A stretch of DNA of 64,000 nt from Octopus vulgaris (GCA_951406725.2 OX597820.1:101804001-101868000); one strand, 5' to 3'. Shown: positions 12,269 to 25,520, counted from the stretch's first letter. Made by a program: numbers and translations. The notes: generated by a model not told the origin, from the sequence alone.

Positions 12269-14226
12269 ATATTTTACTATAAAATTGGATTTAATCCTAA
12301 ATCTGATTTTTTCCCTGTAAATTTGGATTTATTCCCTAATATTTATTATTATATATATATATATATTCCTGGCACTTCAGTCACTTTGTAAATTCTGTTG
12401 ATTACATTTTACACACACACATAGAGAATCATCCATTTGATGTGTTTTCTTTCGACTGATATGTGGAGAACATAAGTCTTAAATAAAGGAATATACTTCT
12501 CCAAGATTTAAGTAGTTTTTCTCTCACTTTTAAATTCAAATGCTCGTATATATATGTGTACATGTATGAACCTTTCCAGGATTCATAGACCTGCAAACTG
12601 CATGGTGATCTAAACAGTGCAAACAGCACAAAGAAGAAAAAACACCTTGTGCATGCTATTTAGTGGCTATAAAAACCAAAGCAAAACAAACGTTGGAGCA
12701 CAATGCAGTCCTTGGACACATGGAAACCTGTCAAACTATCTGTCCTATATCAGGATGGGATATTGATATTAAATGATGACATTATTATTATATGCACATA
12801 TACATACATACACACATGTATATACAAACACACCCATCCATTATAACAAGTGGCTACATAAACAAATTGATATGATTAATGAGATCAGATCATAAGCAAA
12901 AACTGAATAGACATCAAAATATGGTTAGAGGGCCCTGATTGCTTGGGCAAGGATGATTAAAGAAAGGAAATAAATAAAATGCATACATGTTTATAAAATA
13001 AAAAATGCTGCTGAGAAAATAAGATGGAAAAAGACATAATTTATTCAAACAATTACACTGCAGCTGAGAAACATGAGTGTGTTGAAGAAAGCAACTGAAT
13101 GATAACAGATAGCTGTTGTGAATGTGAGAGAGAGAGAGAGTGTGTGATAGAAAGAACAAGGAAAATAAATGTGCAAAAGTTAAGATTGTGATAAACAGTG
13201 AGCGAGAGTTCTGAAGAAAATGAAGTGCAAAACCAAAGACAAGAAACGACGGATCAATAATTGTTGGAAACTGTGAAATGAACAGTGAGAAAAAAAACAA
13301 AAACAAACCAAACTTCAATTGCATGTGTATGTGTTACAGAAGTGGGAAGGATCTTTAACAACCACGTCTCACTGAAGTGCACTTGCAAATTAAAATGATA
13401 CTTGATGTATGTGTGTGTGTGTATATGTGTATATATACATATATATGGTGATGATATTACTAATATGGTGATGGTGCTTGTTGTGGTAGTCATAGCATTG
13501 CTGGGATTAGTGATAGCATAAGTGGAAGTGCTAACAACAACACTGAAAATATTAATGATCATGGTGTGGGTTTAAGATGGCAGTGAGAATAGCAGATCAG
13601 TTCTGTCTTCAAAGATAGGAGCAACATAAGAGTCTTTATTCAAGGAGAAAATATAATGTAAATATTGGATAGAGCAAGAAATTTAACATGTTTTCATAAT
13701 TAATTACATATTTTTGGAAGGTAATTTTGAAATCCTCCATATATCTGTCTAAATATAGCTAGAACTTCAAAACTTTTGCGCTAATGAAATATAACAAATT
13801 AACTAATATCTCAAGAGAGTTTGTGCACAAAAAAAACCCCCCCAAAAAAACCCGAACACTTTTTAAAACAAACTGAATAATGACTGGAATACATATTTAT
13901 GGATAATGAAGAAATATATATTTCCAAAAGATATGAGAAGTAATCTTTTCACAGGAAATAATTAAACAATTTTTTAATCAATACCAATGAGAATTACATA
14001 TGATTGTACACTGTATAAATGTGTTATAACAAAGGCAGATTTTAATGTAATTATTCTATGAAATGCTAAACCACTGTGGTTTTAATACTCGTCACAAATA
14101 ATAACAATGTCTTATGCTAGCACAAGGACACATGTCTGTAAAGGAGGTACTTTACTCAACTGGATTGATCTCATGATGCTTAAGTACTCATATTACTGAC
14201 CTTAAAGTTGACCTAACAGGATTTAA

Positions 14227-14429
14227 CCCATTAGCATTTAAACTGGTCATAATCAGCCAAAATATCCTACTGGTCAGATCCGGAATATCACACCTACCTT
14301 ATAATGTCATTTTAAAAATATATAATCATATGAAGGAAAACTCGAAGCTATGGAATAATGCATGATTAATTGAAAACAATGTAAATAAATTCACAGTACA
14401 TTTGACAGAATAATGTGAATTCTAAAGGG
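14227..14429. mobile_element. TTAA-targeting (piggyBac-type) MITE, family 1
   Basis: ttaa|cccattagcatt ... aattctaaaggg|ttaa; internal sequence is the reverse complement of the 40735 copy. Confidence 0.75.
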
Positions 14430-14594
14430 TTAAACTTAGAAGATAAAGAATCAAAACTAAATACTGTGAGTTCGGTGCTAATTGAATCATTAAGACATCA
14501 GACAAAAAGTACAGTTGCAATCCATTGTTTAACACCTTAATGTAAGTAAGATGCAGGGTAAGATCCAGCCTACATAATGTAATGTTTCATTAGC

Positions 14595-14597
14595 TTA

Positions 14598-14630
<33 letters not shown>

Positions 14631-14671
14631 GTATATATATATATGTATGTGTGTGTGTGTGTATATATAAG

Positions 14672-14702
<31 letters not shown>

Positions 14703-14840
14703 GTATATATATATAAGTATATATATATAAATATATATGTATATATATATATTATATATACATAGATATATAAAAATATATAAATATACACATATATAAA
14801 TATATATGTATAAATATATATAAATATACACAAATATAAA
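14595..14840. repeat. Complex (TA)n/(TG)n microsatellite
   Basis: Directly visible. Similar tracts at 1145-1299, 43400-43650, 50790-50960 and 60215-60308. Confidence 0.95.
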
Positions 14841-14843
14841 TAA

Positions 14844-15238
14844 TCTCTTATCTCTTATGATAATTCTTATGATAAAAGGCAGATTTTCTCTGCCTGTTCC
14901 CATGTTTCTTTTTAATACAATTCTACAATATAGAATTTCTTAATTGGAATTTACCTATGATTTTTCCAAGTAGATTCGATTGGGTCATGGCACGTAAAGT
15001 TTTTTCAACTAAGCTTCCAACTAAGCAAAAATTTGAGAAAACTCAATATTTTACGATTTGCCTCTCTCATTTCAAGTGCTTCACTCCTTCCATTACCACC
15101 ACACTTTCTCCCACTTTCTCTTTGCAAGTGTGCAACAATTAAAGTGAAAGTATTTATATAACAGGGATGAGCCATTAATACTGGTCATCCTTTTTGCTAG
15201 AGGAAGATCCGCTATGGTCTTATATGCTACACCACTAG
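14844..15238 (+). mobile_element. Non-autonomous Helitron (second family)
   Basis: A|TC start, hairpin aagatc-cgctat-ggtctt about a dozen nt before terminal CTAG|T. Confidence 0.65.
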
Positions 15239-15909
15239 TTTTCAATTCATATTAATCAAATTAATATTCAATTTTTCACCCTTATTATGTGTGTGTGTGT
15301 ATTAGCAATTCGTATAAAATTGCATCAAAGACTTCAACTTGAATAAGTGGTTTCACATAAATGGGGATAAATTAAAAAGGTTTGTTGTTATTATTATTAC
15401 TGTTTGACTATTGTAATCACGTTTGTTGGTTCCTCGTCAGGGAAACGTTGTTGTGTTGCATTTATTAAATAATTGTAAACCGTAACCCTCCCCCTTTCGG
15501 AGAAGGGGTTTTGCTTATTGTTTAAAAATTGAATTGTGTCCCTGTTTGGGGAAATTGACAATATTTTCACCGTCTTTACGGAAGCATTTTTGTTTAAATG
15601 CCTTTGATAGAAGAAAGTCCAAAAATGAATTTCGCTGCAGCCGTACACTTCTATACAAGAGGGAGGACAAGATCCAATTGATCGAAATTGCAAGAGACGG
15701 GCCTACAATTCCAGTCTGTTATATATTTTGAGTATTATTATCACTAGCGATATCAAGATATAACTTTCTATTTTGTATTTTATGTGTAGATGTATATATA
15801 TAGATGTACATGTAATATGTACACATATATACATGCATAATATCTACCCATACGCACACACACACACACATACATAGGGGCAGGTGTGGGTGTGTGGTAA
15901 CAAACTACG

Positions 15910-16260
15910 TTCGAAGATACTGTACTTGATATGGGTGGTAGTGCCTTGTCGGTCTATGGCCTACCTTCAACAAACCGGGAAGGCACAAACACTCTGTCTT
16001 GATATTTGCTGCGTGAGACATGTTTTAATGTTGACGAGCTTGCCGAGTACATAGCCGACAATGAGCCAAAGCTCCTTCCAGAACAGAAGTTCGCTTACAA
16101 CTCCGTTGTTAATTCAGTCCGGGCCAAAGCTGGGAGGATTTTTTTCCTGGACACTCCTGGGAGCACTGTGAAAACTTTTGTCAACAAATTAATATTGGCT
16201 GAGATTAGGCGAACACAAGGCATTGCCCTAGCTGTGGCATCATCTGGAATTGCGGCTACT
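15910..16260 (+). mobile_element. Helitron Rep/helicase fragment (Pif1-family helicase, Walker A region)
   Basis: LLPEQKFAYNSVVNSV...RIFFLDTPGSTVKTFVNKLILAEIR...ALAVASSGIAAT resembles the Helitron consensus FFLDAPGGTGKTF...AVASSGIAATLL. In-frame stop upstream and decayed Walker A. Confidence 0.88.
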
Positions 16261-16451
16261 AGTAATTAAATACATATTCGACCAAGCGAAGTTAAATAAC
16301 TAATATCTCAAAACCAGCACTTCTGAATTTATACAGACAAGTGAAAACTCATATTCTTCCCCAATCACTCACGTGTGTTACAAGTAATTGCGCAGCAACT
16401 GCAGTTTACTATCAGGGAGTGAATTATTATATTATTGAATATATAAATATG

Positions 16452-16483
<32 letters not shown>

Positions 16484-16522
16484 TAAATACATAAATATAT
16501 AAATACATATAAATATAAATGT

Positions 16523-17752
16523 ATTTTTTTTTCTGTAGTTTCAGCTCAGAGCTGTGGCCATGCTGATGCACTGCCGTTTTGCTACACTGTTATTACTGAC
16601 AGCCTCCTCCAATATGTAGCACTTGGTGAAGAATGGAGTTTGATGTAGCTACCCTCATTTGTACCTCTTGCTGTGAGGTAGGTTCATCTGGGACTCTCGA
16701 TAGGAAGAGGTCCAGCTTTGATTTAAAAACACCTAAATCTAATTTGTGCAAGTTCCTCGGGCTCTTTGGGAGAATATTAAAAAGCTGTGGGCCCCTGAAA
16801 CCCAGGCAATTGCAGTAACTGGTCCTGAAGCACGATGACGTTGCTGGGATCTTTGGCACTATACAGTGTTGTCCTGTTCTGGCATTGGTGTAGCTTTCAA
16901 TGCTAAAATTTGGCACAATACCTTCCAGGATCTTCCAGACGTATATTACTGCATACCTCTCCCGCCTTCTCTCCAGGGTGTAGAGTCTTAGCTGTTTCAG
17001 CCTTTCCTAGTAGCTGAGCAGTTGCAAAGAGACGATCTTTTTTGTGAATCTTCTCTGGATTGCTTCAAGGTCCACTGTTAATTTCACACAGTTGGGTGAC
17101 CATAGCTGGGAGCAGTAATCCAGGTGGCTGAGGACGAATGTCCTCCAGAGGACCATCATAGTTTCTTTATCTCTGGTTCTGAATGTTCTTAGGATCCATC
17201 CAGCCAGTCATCTGCACTTTGTCACCATCCTGGTAATGTGCACTTGGAAAGAAGTATCATCACTCATGTCGATACCCAGGTCCCTCATTGATTTAGGCTC
17301 TGGGATTGAAACTCCCTATAGACCAGTGTACCCTGTAAGTTTCATATTCAGTTTTGGACGCTGGTAGCGTAGGGCTTGGAATTTTTCCACATTGAACTGC
17401 ATATTATTATCCTCAGCCCATCTGTAAACTGAGTCCAACCCCTGCTGCAGATGTGCAACATCGCTGGGGTTCTGTATTTTCTGTGAGACTTTCATATTGT
17501 CTGTATAACTTGCAAGGGTGGCTCTCCGGGCACTTGCAGGCATATCTGAGAGGACCACTATAAAAAGCAGTGGTCCCAAGACAGTGCCCTGTGGAACACC
17601 ACTCACTATTTGTGTTTTTATTACAGAGGTGTCTCCATTAGCCACTACTGCCTGACTTCTATCTTTCAGAAAGTCATGTAATCACACCCCAAGTTTTCCA
17701 GCTATGCTGAGATCACACAGTTTGTGGCATATCATACCATGATCCACCTTAT
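16523..17752 (-). mobile_element. 5'-truncated CR1/L2-group LINE (RT C-terminal half and 3' end)
   Basis: DKVDHGMICHKL, SGVPQGTVLGPLLF, YTDNMK (decayed YADD), WAEDNNMQFN, GPQLFNILP, FKSKLDLFLSRVPDEP; ends in an A-run at 16524-16532 on the minus strand. Confidence 0.9.
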
Positions 17753-17852
17753 ATTTGTGAAGAAAATTTCCAGCATTATTTAACCCTAGGAACAGTAACT
17801 GATAGAATATTAATTGCAACTTATAGAATACTTACAATCACACTTATAATCA

Positions 17853-18140
17853 TGCTAGTGCTGCCAGACTGGCACCCATGCCGGTGGCACATAAAAAGCA
17901 CCAATTGAATCTGGTTGATGCCAGTATTGCTGACTAGCCCCCATGCTTGTGGCATGTAAAATGCACCCACTTCACTCTCAGGGTGGTTGGTGTTAGGAAG
18001 GGCATCCATCTGCAGAAACCTTGCCAGATCAGATTGGAACCACCTTGGTGCAGCCGCCTGGCTTGCCAGTTCTCAATCAAACCATCCAACCCATGCCAGC
18101 ATGGAAAGCAGATGTTAAAAGATGATGACAATGATGATGA
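17853..18140 (+). mobile_element. RTE-type LINE 3' UTR fragment
   Basis: gtggttggtgttaggaagggcatcca...aacccatgccagcatggaaagcagatgttaaa followed by (GAT)n; same 3' end as the RTE at 48327. Confidence 0.75.
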
Positions 18141-19460
18141 GTCTGGATATCCTTAAACTTTAAACTATAGTCACCTTTCAAAGTTGATTTCTTCTGGTTG
18201 TTTATAAGATCAGTTTTAGTATTTAAAGGGAACAGAAGGTTAAATTGACTCTAGGCTATTACTAATGTACTACAGTTGGATGTCTTTCTTGTTGCCAACC
18301 CTAACCTGTTTCCAAGCAAGGTAATATTTCCTCATGGCTGGACATCACTAATCCTATTACGATCCTTACAGTTGATAGTTAATGTTTTCAACAAGAATAG
18401 ACCAGTTTTTAAATATAGATTATTCTTTTTAAAAAAAAAGTGGAGAAATACATCATCTCTGACAAGATGGTGGTTTACTGCAGATAATTACCTATGAGAA
18501 ACTGAAATTAGCTCTGTAAACCAACAAATGTTCACCAATTCTATTGTGTCACTGATGCTTACAATGATTAAATATACCACCTATAGTAGTATCTATATGA
18601 AGTGGACAGATTTGTTGAGAATAAAATGTCCTGGAGACAGTCCACTCTTAGCGAGGAGTCTGAAGTTCTGGTACTCTATTAACTTAATCATATGAAACAT
18701 TTTTCTTTTAGAATTTTGTAAAAAAAAAAAAAAAAAAAAGAGTTTAAATTAAATGTAATTATATATATATAAAAAAGCATCTGATCATAGTTTGAATCTT
18801 TGACGTATAATTGCAGCTTTGTACATTAATCTTTGAGTTTCTAAACTTTTAACAGCAAAAGAAAGAGAAAAATAATCTTTAGTTTATATGATAAAAAAAT
18901 ATTAGTTTATTTATTCTATGTTCAAACATGTTTGCTCATTCTCAAAAGCTTTTGTTTTCTGATTGCCAGTGGTAGGTTGTGTGGGTTGACAAACTAACAT
19001 GTTTGCATACATTGTTGAAATATTATATAGGATGTTTTCCATATCATTTTCACGTGTATTTCTATAACTAAGCTCTGAAAGCAAAACTGAAAAGATAGTT
19101 ATAGGAAATCAGCTTTGCTATTGCGTAAATGTTCTTAAAAGATCATATTTAAAGCTTCATTATAGTGAAATATTTCTATTTCATTAAGATAACTTAATTA
19201 ATTAGTCATGAGTGATATGACCTACAACAACTAAGGATTTTCCCCATTCACAGCAAATTTTAATTAGTTAAAACAAAACAAGCAATAAAAAGTTTATTTT
19301 ATTGATTACAATTATTAGAAATGAAAATAATTAAGACTTCTGTAAATATTTGATACTGGCAAATGTAAACAGTGACATCACATGAATTGAAAGACTAAAA
19401 TTCAGTTACAACAAAAAGTTAGAGATATGGTATTTGTTAAAATATAAATGTATGAGAACA

Positions 19461-20056
19461 TTCTTTTACTTCAGTCGTTTGATTGTGGCCATGCTGTAGC
19501 ACTGCCTTAAAGGTTTTTTTTTGTTAGTCAAAGAAATCAACTCCAGGACTTATTCTTTGTAAGCCTAGTACTTCCTCTAATGGTCTCTTTTGCTGAACCG
19601 CTAAATTATGAGGATGTAAATACACCAACATCAGTTTTCAAGCGATGTTGGGGGGGACAAACACAGGCACATAAACATACACACACACACACACACATAT
19701 ATATATGACGGGCTTCTTTCAGTTTCCATCTACCAAATCCACTCACAAGGCTTTAGTTGTCCTGAGGTTATAGTAGAAGACACTTGCCCAAGGTGCCACG
19801 CAGTGGGACAGAACCCAGAACCATGTGATGGTGGTGGTGGAGGTGGCAACACATGCGCAGAGAACACAGACACAAAGATATACACACACACACACACACA
19901 CATATAAATATATACACACAGGGCTTCTTTTAGTTTCTGTCTACCAAATCCACTCACAAAGCTTTGGTCAGCCAGAGGATATAGTAGAAGACACTTGCCC
20001 AAGGTGCCACACATATGGTTGGGAAGCAAGCTTCTTACCACATAGCTATGCCTGCA
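19461..20056 (-). mobile_element. Two tandem family A SINE copies (one near full length, one partial)
   Basis: The ctaccaaatccactcacaaggctt...atagtagaagacacttgcccaaggtgccac segment occurs twice. Confidence 0.85.
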
Positions 20057-21666
20057 CTTATATATCAATTATACTATACATGAATTCTCTAAAACATATT
20101 TTCACAGCTATTCTTGTACAGTATGTACATCCACTTAATGGTAAACATTACCATTTCTGTATGGTGGAAGACCTGAGCCAAGGTCCAACTACTGGATGCA
20201 GTTTTAAAGCCATACCCAGGATATTACCACCACTCTGGGTCAGCATAGACCTAGGAACAATACTGGCCAAGAGGTTATCCCACATTCTTTAAAATCCTGG
20301 AAATTCCAAATTCTAGGGTTTTGAGGAGGGTGGAACCATCTTTTAGCCACTATTGTTCTTAAGTTTACTCTGAGCCGGTGTAGTAGCATCTGTCAGGGAA
20401 CCAACTATGGGTTAATTAACATGCAAACCACCTGAGCCAGGTTTACATTGAAATCATGAGATGCAATGTTAGATGTGAACTATTTTGGCAGATGAACATA
20501 TTGAAACAATGGCACTACTTGACAACCAGTGCTGGTGTGTTTATGACCCCATGACTTAGTGGTTTGGCAAAAGAGACAAATAGAATAAGTACCAGGCTTA
20601 AAAGAAAAGAAAAGAACTGGGGTTGATTCATTTGACTAAAAGAAATTTCCCAAGATGGTGCCCCAGCATGGCCAAGTCTAATGGTTGAAACAAATAAAAG
20701 ATGAAATATACAGATCTCTTGATACCAACCCCACTGAGGCTAACCAAGGTTGTATGATGCAAACTCCTCGTTTAAAGTGATGTAAATTAAAACATTTCAT
20801 CAAAATTTCATGTTAATTTATGTTCCAAATACCATCTTAATAATGACAAGGTTATTTTAATGAATTCTTTCTCATTAATTAAATGAAACAATGACTGTGC
20901 ATTGCAACAGGAACATGGTAACAAAAAGGGTTAAATTAAAACTTTACATTAGAATTTAATACAAAGCCCTTAATTATGTTATAAATACCAAATTAATAAT
21001 AATGTGTTAATTACTTGACTAAACCTCCTCAAATTCTTCATTATTTTTTAAGGTAATTAAAGAATACAGAATACTTCATGGTTAACATTTTTGAGTGAGA
21101 GATGAAAAGTATATGTTCAATTACTTCCTACAATAGTCACTTTAGTAATTTAGAATGATAAAAAGATATTTGCGAGTTAAGACTATGAACCAGATATGAC
21201 TGCTGTTTGATGATGTTTTCCCTGATACATATCACATCTACCATTTCCTTATTTCTCACAGAACCAACTCTACACGATTATTTGACATGCTACAAATAAC
21301 AACTAAATTACACCAAATCACATTGTACTGTCTATAGAATATTAGACTCAGTGGATAATATAGCCTAAGATACATTATTTGAATAAACTATGGAATGGTC
21401 ATAGCTGGACTACTTTTGATGATATGTCTGCGTTATCATTGATGATCTACAACTAAATAATACAATAACCTCTCTTATACAATCAAAGTGGGAGTCTCTG
21501 TATGATTGGTAAACCTGCTACAAACAGCAGCTAAATCAGTGGTTCTCAACCATTTTTTACCTATGGGTCCCTTTTGATTCCTATTTTACATGACTAGACC
21601 CCTATAGACATTTGGTGCTTTAAAAAAGTCCCATTATATTTTTATAATTAAATTTTATTAGTAGTT

Positions 21667-22054
21667 ACTCCTTTACTTGTTTCAGTCATTTGATTGCGGC
21701 CTTGCTGGAGCACTGCCTTTAGTCGAGCAAATCAACCACAGGACTTATTCTTTGTAAGCCTAGTACTTATTCTATTGGTCTCTTTTGCCAAACCACTAAG
21801 TTACGGGGACGTAAACACACCAGCATCAGTTGTCAAGCGATGTTGGGGGGACAAACACAGGCATGTAAACATATACACAGACACATATATATGATGGGCT
21901 TCTTTCAGTTTCCATCTACCAAATCCACTCACAAGGTTTTAGTTGTCCCAAGGCTATAGTAGAAGACACTTGCTCAAGGTGCCACGCAGTGGGACTGAAC
22001 CCAGAACCATGTGGTTGGTAAGCAAGCTACTTACCACACAGCCACTCCTGTGCC
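21667..22054 (-). mobile_element. Family A SINE, full length
   Basis: Minus strand runs from ggcacaggagtggctgtgtggtaag (A box) through ggttcagtccc (B box) to tail gactgaaacaagtaaaggagt. Confidence 0.92.
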
Positions 22055-22062
22055 TTGTGTGA

Positions 22063-22181
22063 TGCTTACAGCACCCAGATTTCCCAAGCGGTCACCCATC
22101 TAAGTACTAACTAGGCTGGATGTTGCTTAACTTTGGTGATCAGACGAGAACCAGTGCTTTCAACGTGATATGGCCGTAAGG
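22063..22181 (-). pseudogene. Full-length 5S rRNA retro-pseudogene
   Basis: Minus strand ccttacggccatatcacgttgaaagcactggttctcgtctgatcaccaaagttaagcaac...gttagtacttagatgggtgaccgcttgggaaatctgggtgctgtaagc, 119 nt. CpG-type substitutions, no oligo-T terminator, single copy. Confidence 0.92.
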
Positions 22182-23571
22182 AGTTGTATAACAAAAATTG
22201 TTAAAATAGTTTGTGTATAATCAAAGTATAATAAATTTATCACAAAATCTTACATGAACACCCAAGGGCCATGTGAACCCTGTTTGAGAACCACTGAGCT
22301 AAATCTACACCAAACTATGCCCTACGGCCTTAATAAAGGATAATTTAAGACAACACATGAAACCTAAAATAGAAAACAATAGGATAGTAATAATGTAGTA
22401 CCTTTAACCATAAATCTGTCCAATTGGAATGCCTTGCATTTAAGTAACAACAACAAACATTAAACTGAACCAAAGACAACAATAGGAAACTATTCCAGAG
22501 TTCCATATAATCGACAGCAATCTTGTCATGATAAATCAATCTTGGCAACAAAGCTACATTTATCAGTAAAGATGTTTTATTGAAAATGCTGGAATTGGGG
22601 GTTTGACATAACAGCTAAAATATAATATTCAAAACAATTCCATGATTGGTAGGGTTCCAGTCACACACACAAACACACACAAAAAGAGCAGTAATCCTAC
22701 CAGAAATACTGGTATAGTCATGTGACTAAAAGTCTTTGGAAGGAAAAAGTTTGCAACAAAACTAGTCTATCTAATGAAACTTACTGAGATAAGAAACTTA
22801 GCTAATACATGATAAAATAATGTGATTCATTAATTATGTTTATCACCTCAAAAATACAAGAACACACACACACACATATTTATAATACTAGAGTTTTGTT
22901 TACTTGATATGTGTGTGGGTGAGAGTGTAGGTGGGTGTATGAATGAATGTGTGTGTGTGTGTGTGTGTGTGCATGAGGCCATTCAAAGTTGCTGTTGGTA
23001 ACATGTAATCCAGAACAACATGTTACATGGTTGAACTGTACAGCACCAAAGCTGATACCCCATCAGGCTTAAACTAGTGAGCAGGATAGCTAAAAACATT
23101 AGATGGAAAGGATGGACAAATCCAACATAGAATCGACAACTATTTATCATTAGTTTTGTGGAGATATAGAAATCCCTGGGACACTGAAAAAATGAGGTCT
23201 AAGGCTATTTTGGAATACCGAAACCTTTAAAATTAGTAAGTGGTTTGATGCGCCACATGTTATTTGTATATATTGGTTTGTATCTATAATTCACTTAAGC
23301 ATATGGCTGGTATTATTAGACAAACAAAAAGGTCTCACATGAGATGTTGCAATGGTGAAGGAAATCAGCATTGATTAGTTTAGGGTTTCCATTTTTTTTT
23401 TTTTTTAGCTTGCTCCCTTTTGTGTCTGACACATGGCATGTTGTGTATCATTTCCAGTTACATCCCTTTCTGCCAGCTGTTTATTCATTATATTGTTTAC
23501 AACAAGGGTAAGTCCATCATATATTTGTTGGTGTATTGAAAGTATATGCTTTACTAGAAATGATTTCAGTG

Positions 23572-23790
23572 AAGTGGTTGGTATTAGGAAGGACATCCAG
23601 CTGTAAAAACCATGCCAAAACTGACCTCACTTGTTCTGGTGCCATGTAAAAAGCACTGTCCATTTTGTGGGGTGGTTGGTTAGGATGGGCATCCAGCCAT
23701 AAAAATCATGCCAAAACAGACACAGTAGTATTCTACCTATCAAATCATGTAACCCATGCCAGCATGGAAGGCAGACGTTAAACGATGATG
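23572..23790 (+). mobile_element. RTE-type 3' UTR fragment with internal duplication
   Basis: gtggttggtattaggaaggacatccagctgtaaaaaccatgcc occurs twice; terminal catgccagcatggaaggcagacgttaaacgatgatga. Confidence 0.7.
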
Positions 23791-24769
23791 ATTTCTATTG
23801 AAGACACAATGCCAGCTATTTTGAAGGGAGGATTTGACTGTTACTTTATTTTTTTGATTTGATTTTGGAAGAACAAAAGGCACAGAATGTGAAAAACTGG
23901 AACAAATATCACATAGCATTTTTACCATTGTTCTCACAATTCTTCCACCTTACTACCTTAGTGATTTTAAATAATAAAAATTCTACATCAATAACAGTTT
24001 CATGTGTATATATGGCGACAGGATGGGAATTTAGCCATAGAAAATCAGCCTCAACAAATTCTGTCTTCACCGTGTGAGCACAGAAAAGTGGATTTTAAAA
24101 TGACTGATAATAATGGTGATAATTGTGTGTGTGTGTGAGTGTGTATGCATGTGCTAGTGTATATGTGTTTAACTGATGTTATATGGGATCAATACCAAAA
24201 GTTCCTATAACTAGACACAAACTCTCAAACACAATATTTTAGACACACATCTATAGTCCATCTAAGAAAATCTCTAAGGATTATCAAAATAAAGGCTTTA
24301 GTAGATTATGTTGCAACAAAGCAACAAAGAAAAGGAAAGGGAAAAAAACAGTAAGCAAGAAGACTATAGTATAAAGATGTGTACACATACATATTTAGAC
24401 ACATGTATGTTACAAGAAAATTTTTAATAAATTTCAAAACAGCTAAAAACAAAAAAAAAAATTTTCAATTGAATTTTTGATTGAAATTTTTCATCAGAGG
24501 AATTTGAAATGATTCAAAGGAAAAAGACAAAAACACACTGATTAACAAAAGAAATACTGAAATGGGAAATTAGACTGCAGATAGCATTCTAAAACTAGAA
24601 AATATAGCTATATTTTAGTAGAATCTACTTAACAGTATTTTCTAGAAAAATACTAGTGTGTATACATATGTGTATGTTTGTGTGTGAGTGTAATGCACAA
24701 CATGTAACTCTGTAAATCAGAAATCAGAAGTACCAAAATTTATCTATTGCATCCCATTAGACAGTTTCC

Positions 24770-25520
24770 TCCTTGTACTTGGACATTACACATTTGGGAC
24801 CAGCTGGTGGAATATACATCTCTTTTGGTTAGAGCTTATCAGTGTGGTTTGATGGCATGGTGGCCTATGAACTCATGGTTTTTAGAATATTTATCTGGAC
24901 TGATAGTTCTGTCACTAGGTTTTTAAAGAATGAAATTGTTTTCATGGTAACACTTAACAATTAGCTCTGATCTTCTGTTGATGTTTTTCCAGCATTATAC
25001 TACAGAAATTTGTACATTGTAGATGTGGACTTGCTGCTGAAGTGTGAACCAATATTATCAATATTGATCTTTCAAATACCAAAGGATGTTTAAAAATGTA
25101 GAATTATTTTTTTATCCATGTCTCCAGGTGGGTGTACAGTCTGAATGTTCATTCTTGATGCTGCCTTCACACATTATCAAACCATGTATGGCATGTAAAA
25201 GATACAAACAACAATGACATTGTTATTAACAACTGGTTCACACTTCAGCAATAAATCCACACCTGTTCAAATTTCTGTAGTCTCTGACATAAGGGAAATA
25301 ACATCAGCCTAACCAAAATAACAGACATATTGAAAGCAAAATCAGATCTAATTTATTAAGTGTTGACATAAAACACAAGTTCATTTACTTAAACCTCAAC
25401 AACACTATCAAACCAGACTAAACAATCATAGATGTCAGAAAATCCATGCTCATAAACACTGACCAAGTGTGGTAAACATTTCACCAGCCGGCCAGCTGAT
25501 GAATGCTCAAGGACAAAGAT
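24770..25520. repeat. Old long imperfect inverted repeat (arms about 300 bp, spacer about 150 bp)
   Basis: ctacagaaatttg...gctgaagtgtgaacca versus tggttcacacttcagc...caaatttctgtag; aacacttaacaattag versus ctaatttattaagtgtt; cagctggtggaat versus atttcaccagccg. Confidence 0.8.

Larger units (their letters stand above)
21537..22296. mobile_element. hAT MITE carrying the nested 5S-SINE chimera
   Basis: TIRs cagtggttctcaa / ttgagaaccactg and perfect 8-bp TSD agctaaat (21529-21536, 22297-22304). Confidence 0.9.

Noticed and set aside
12914-13324. 136-aa hydrophobic minus-strand ORF with a good acceptor near 13270
   Set aside because: Pyrimidine-rich sequence including (CT)n is stop-poor by composition and there is no recognisable homology; cannot be supported without RNA data.
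22063-22181. Functional 5S rRNA gene
   Set aside because: Single copy, multiple substitutions, no oligo-T terminator, fused to a SINE inside a MITE.
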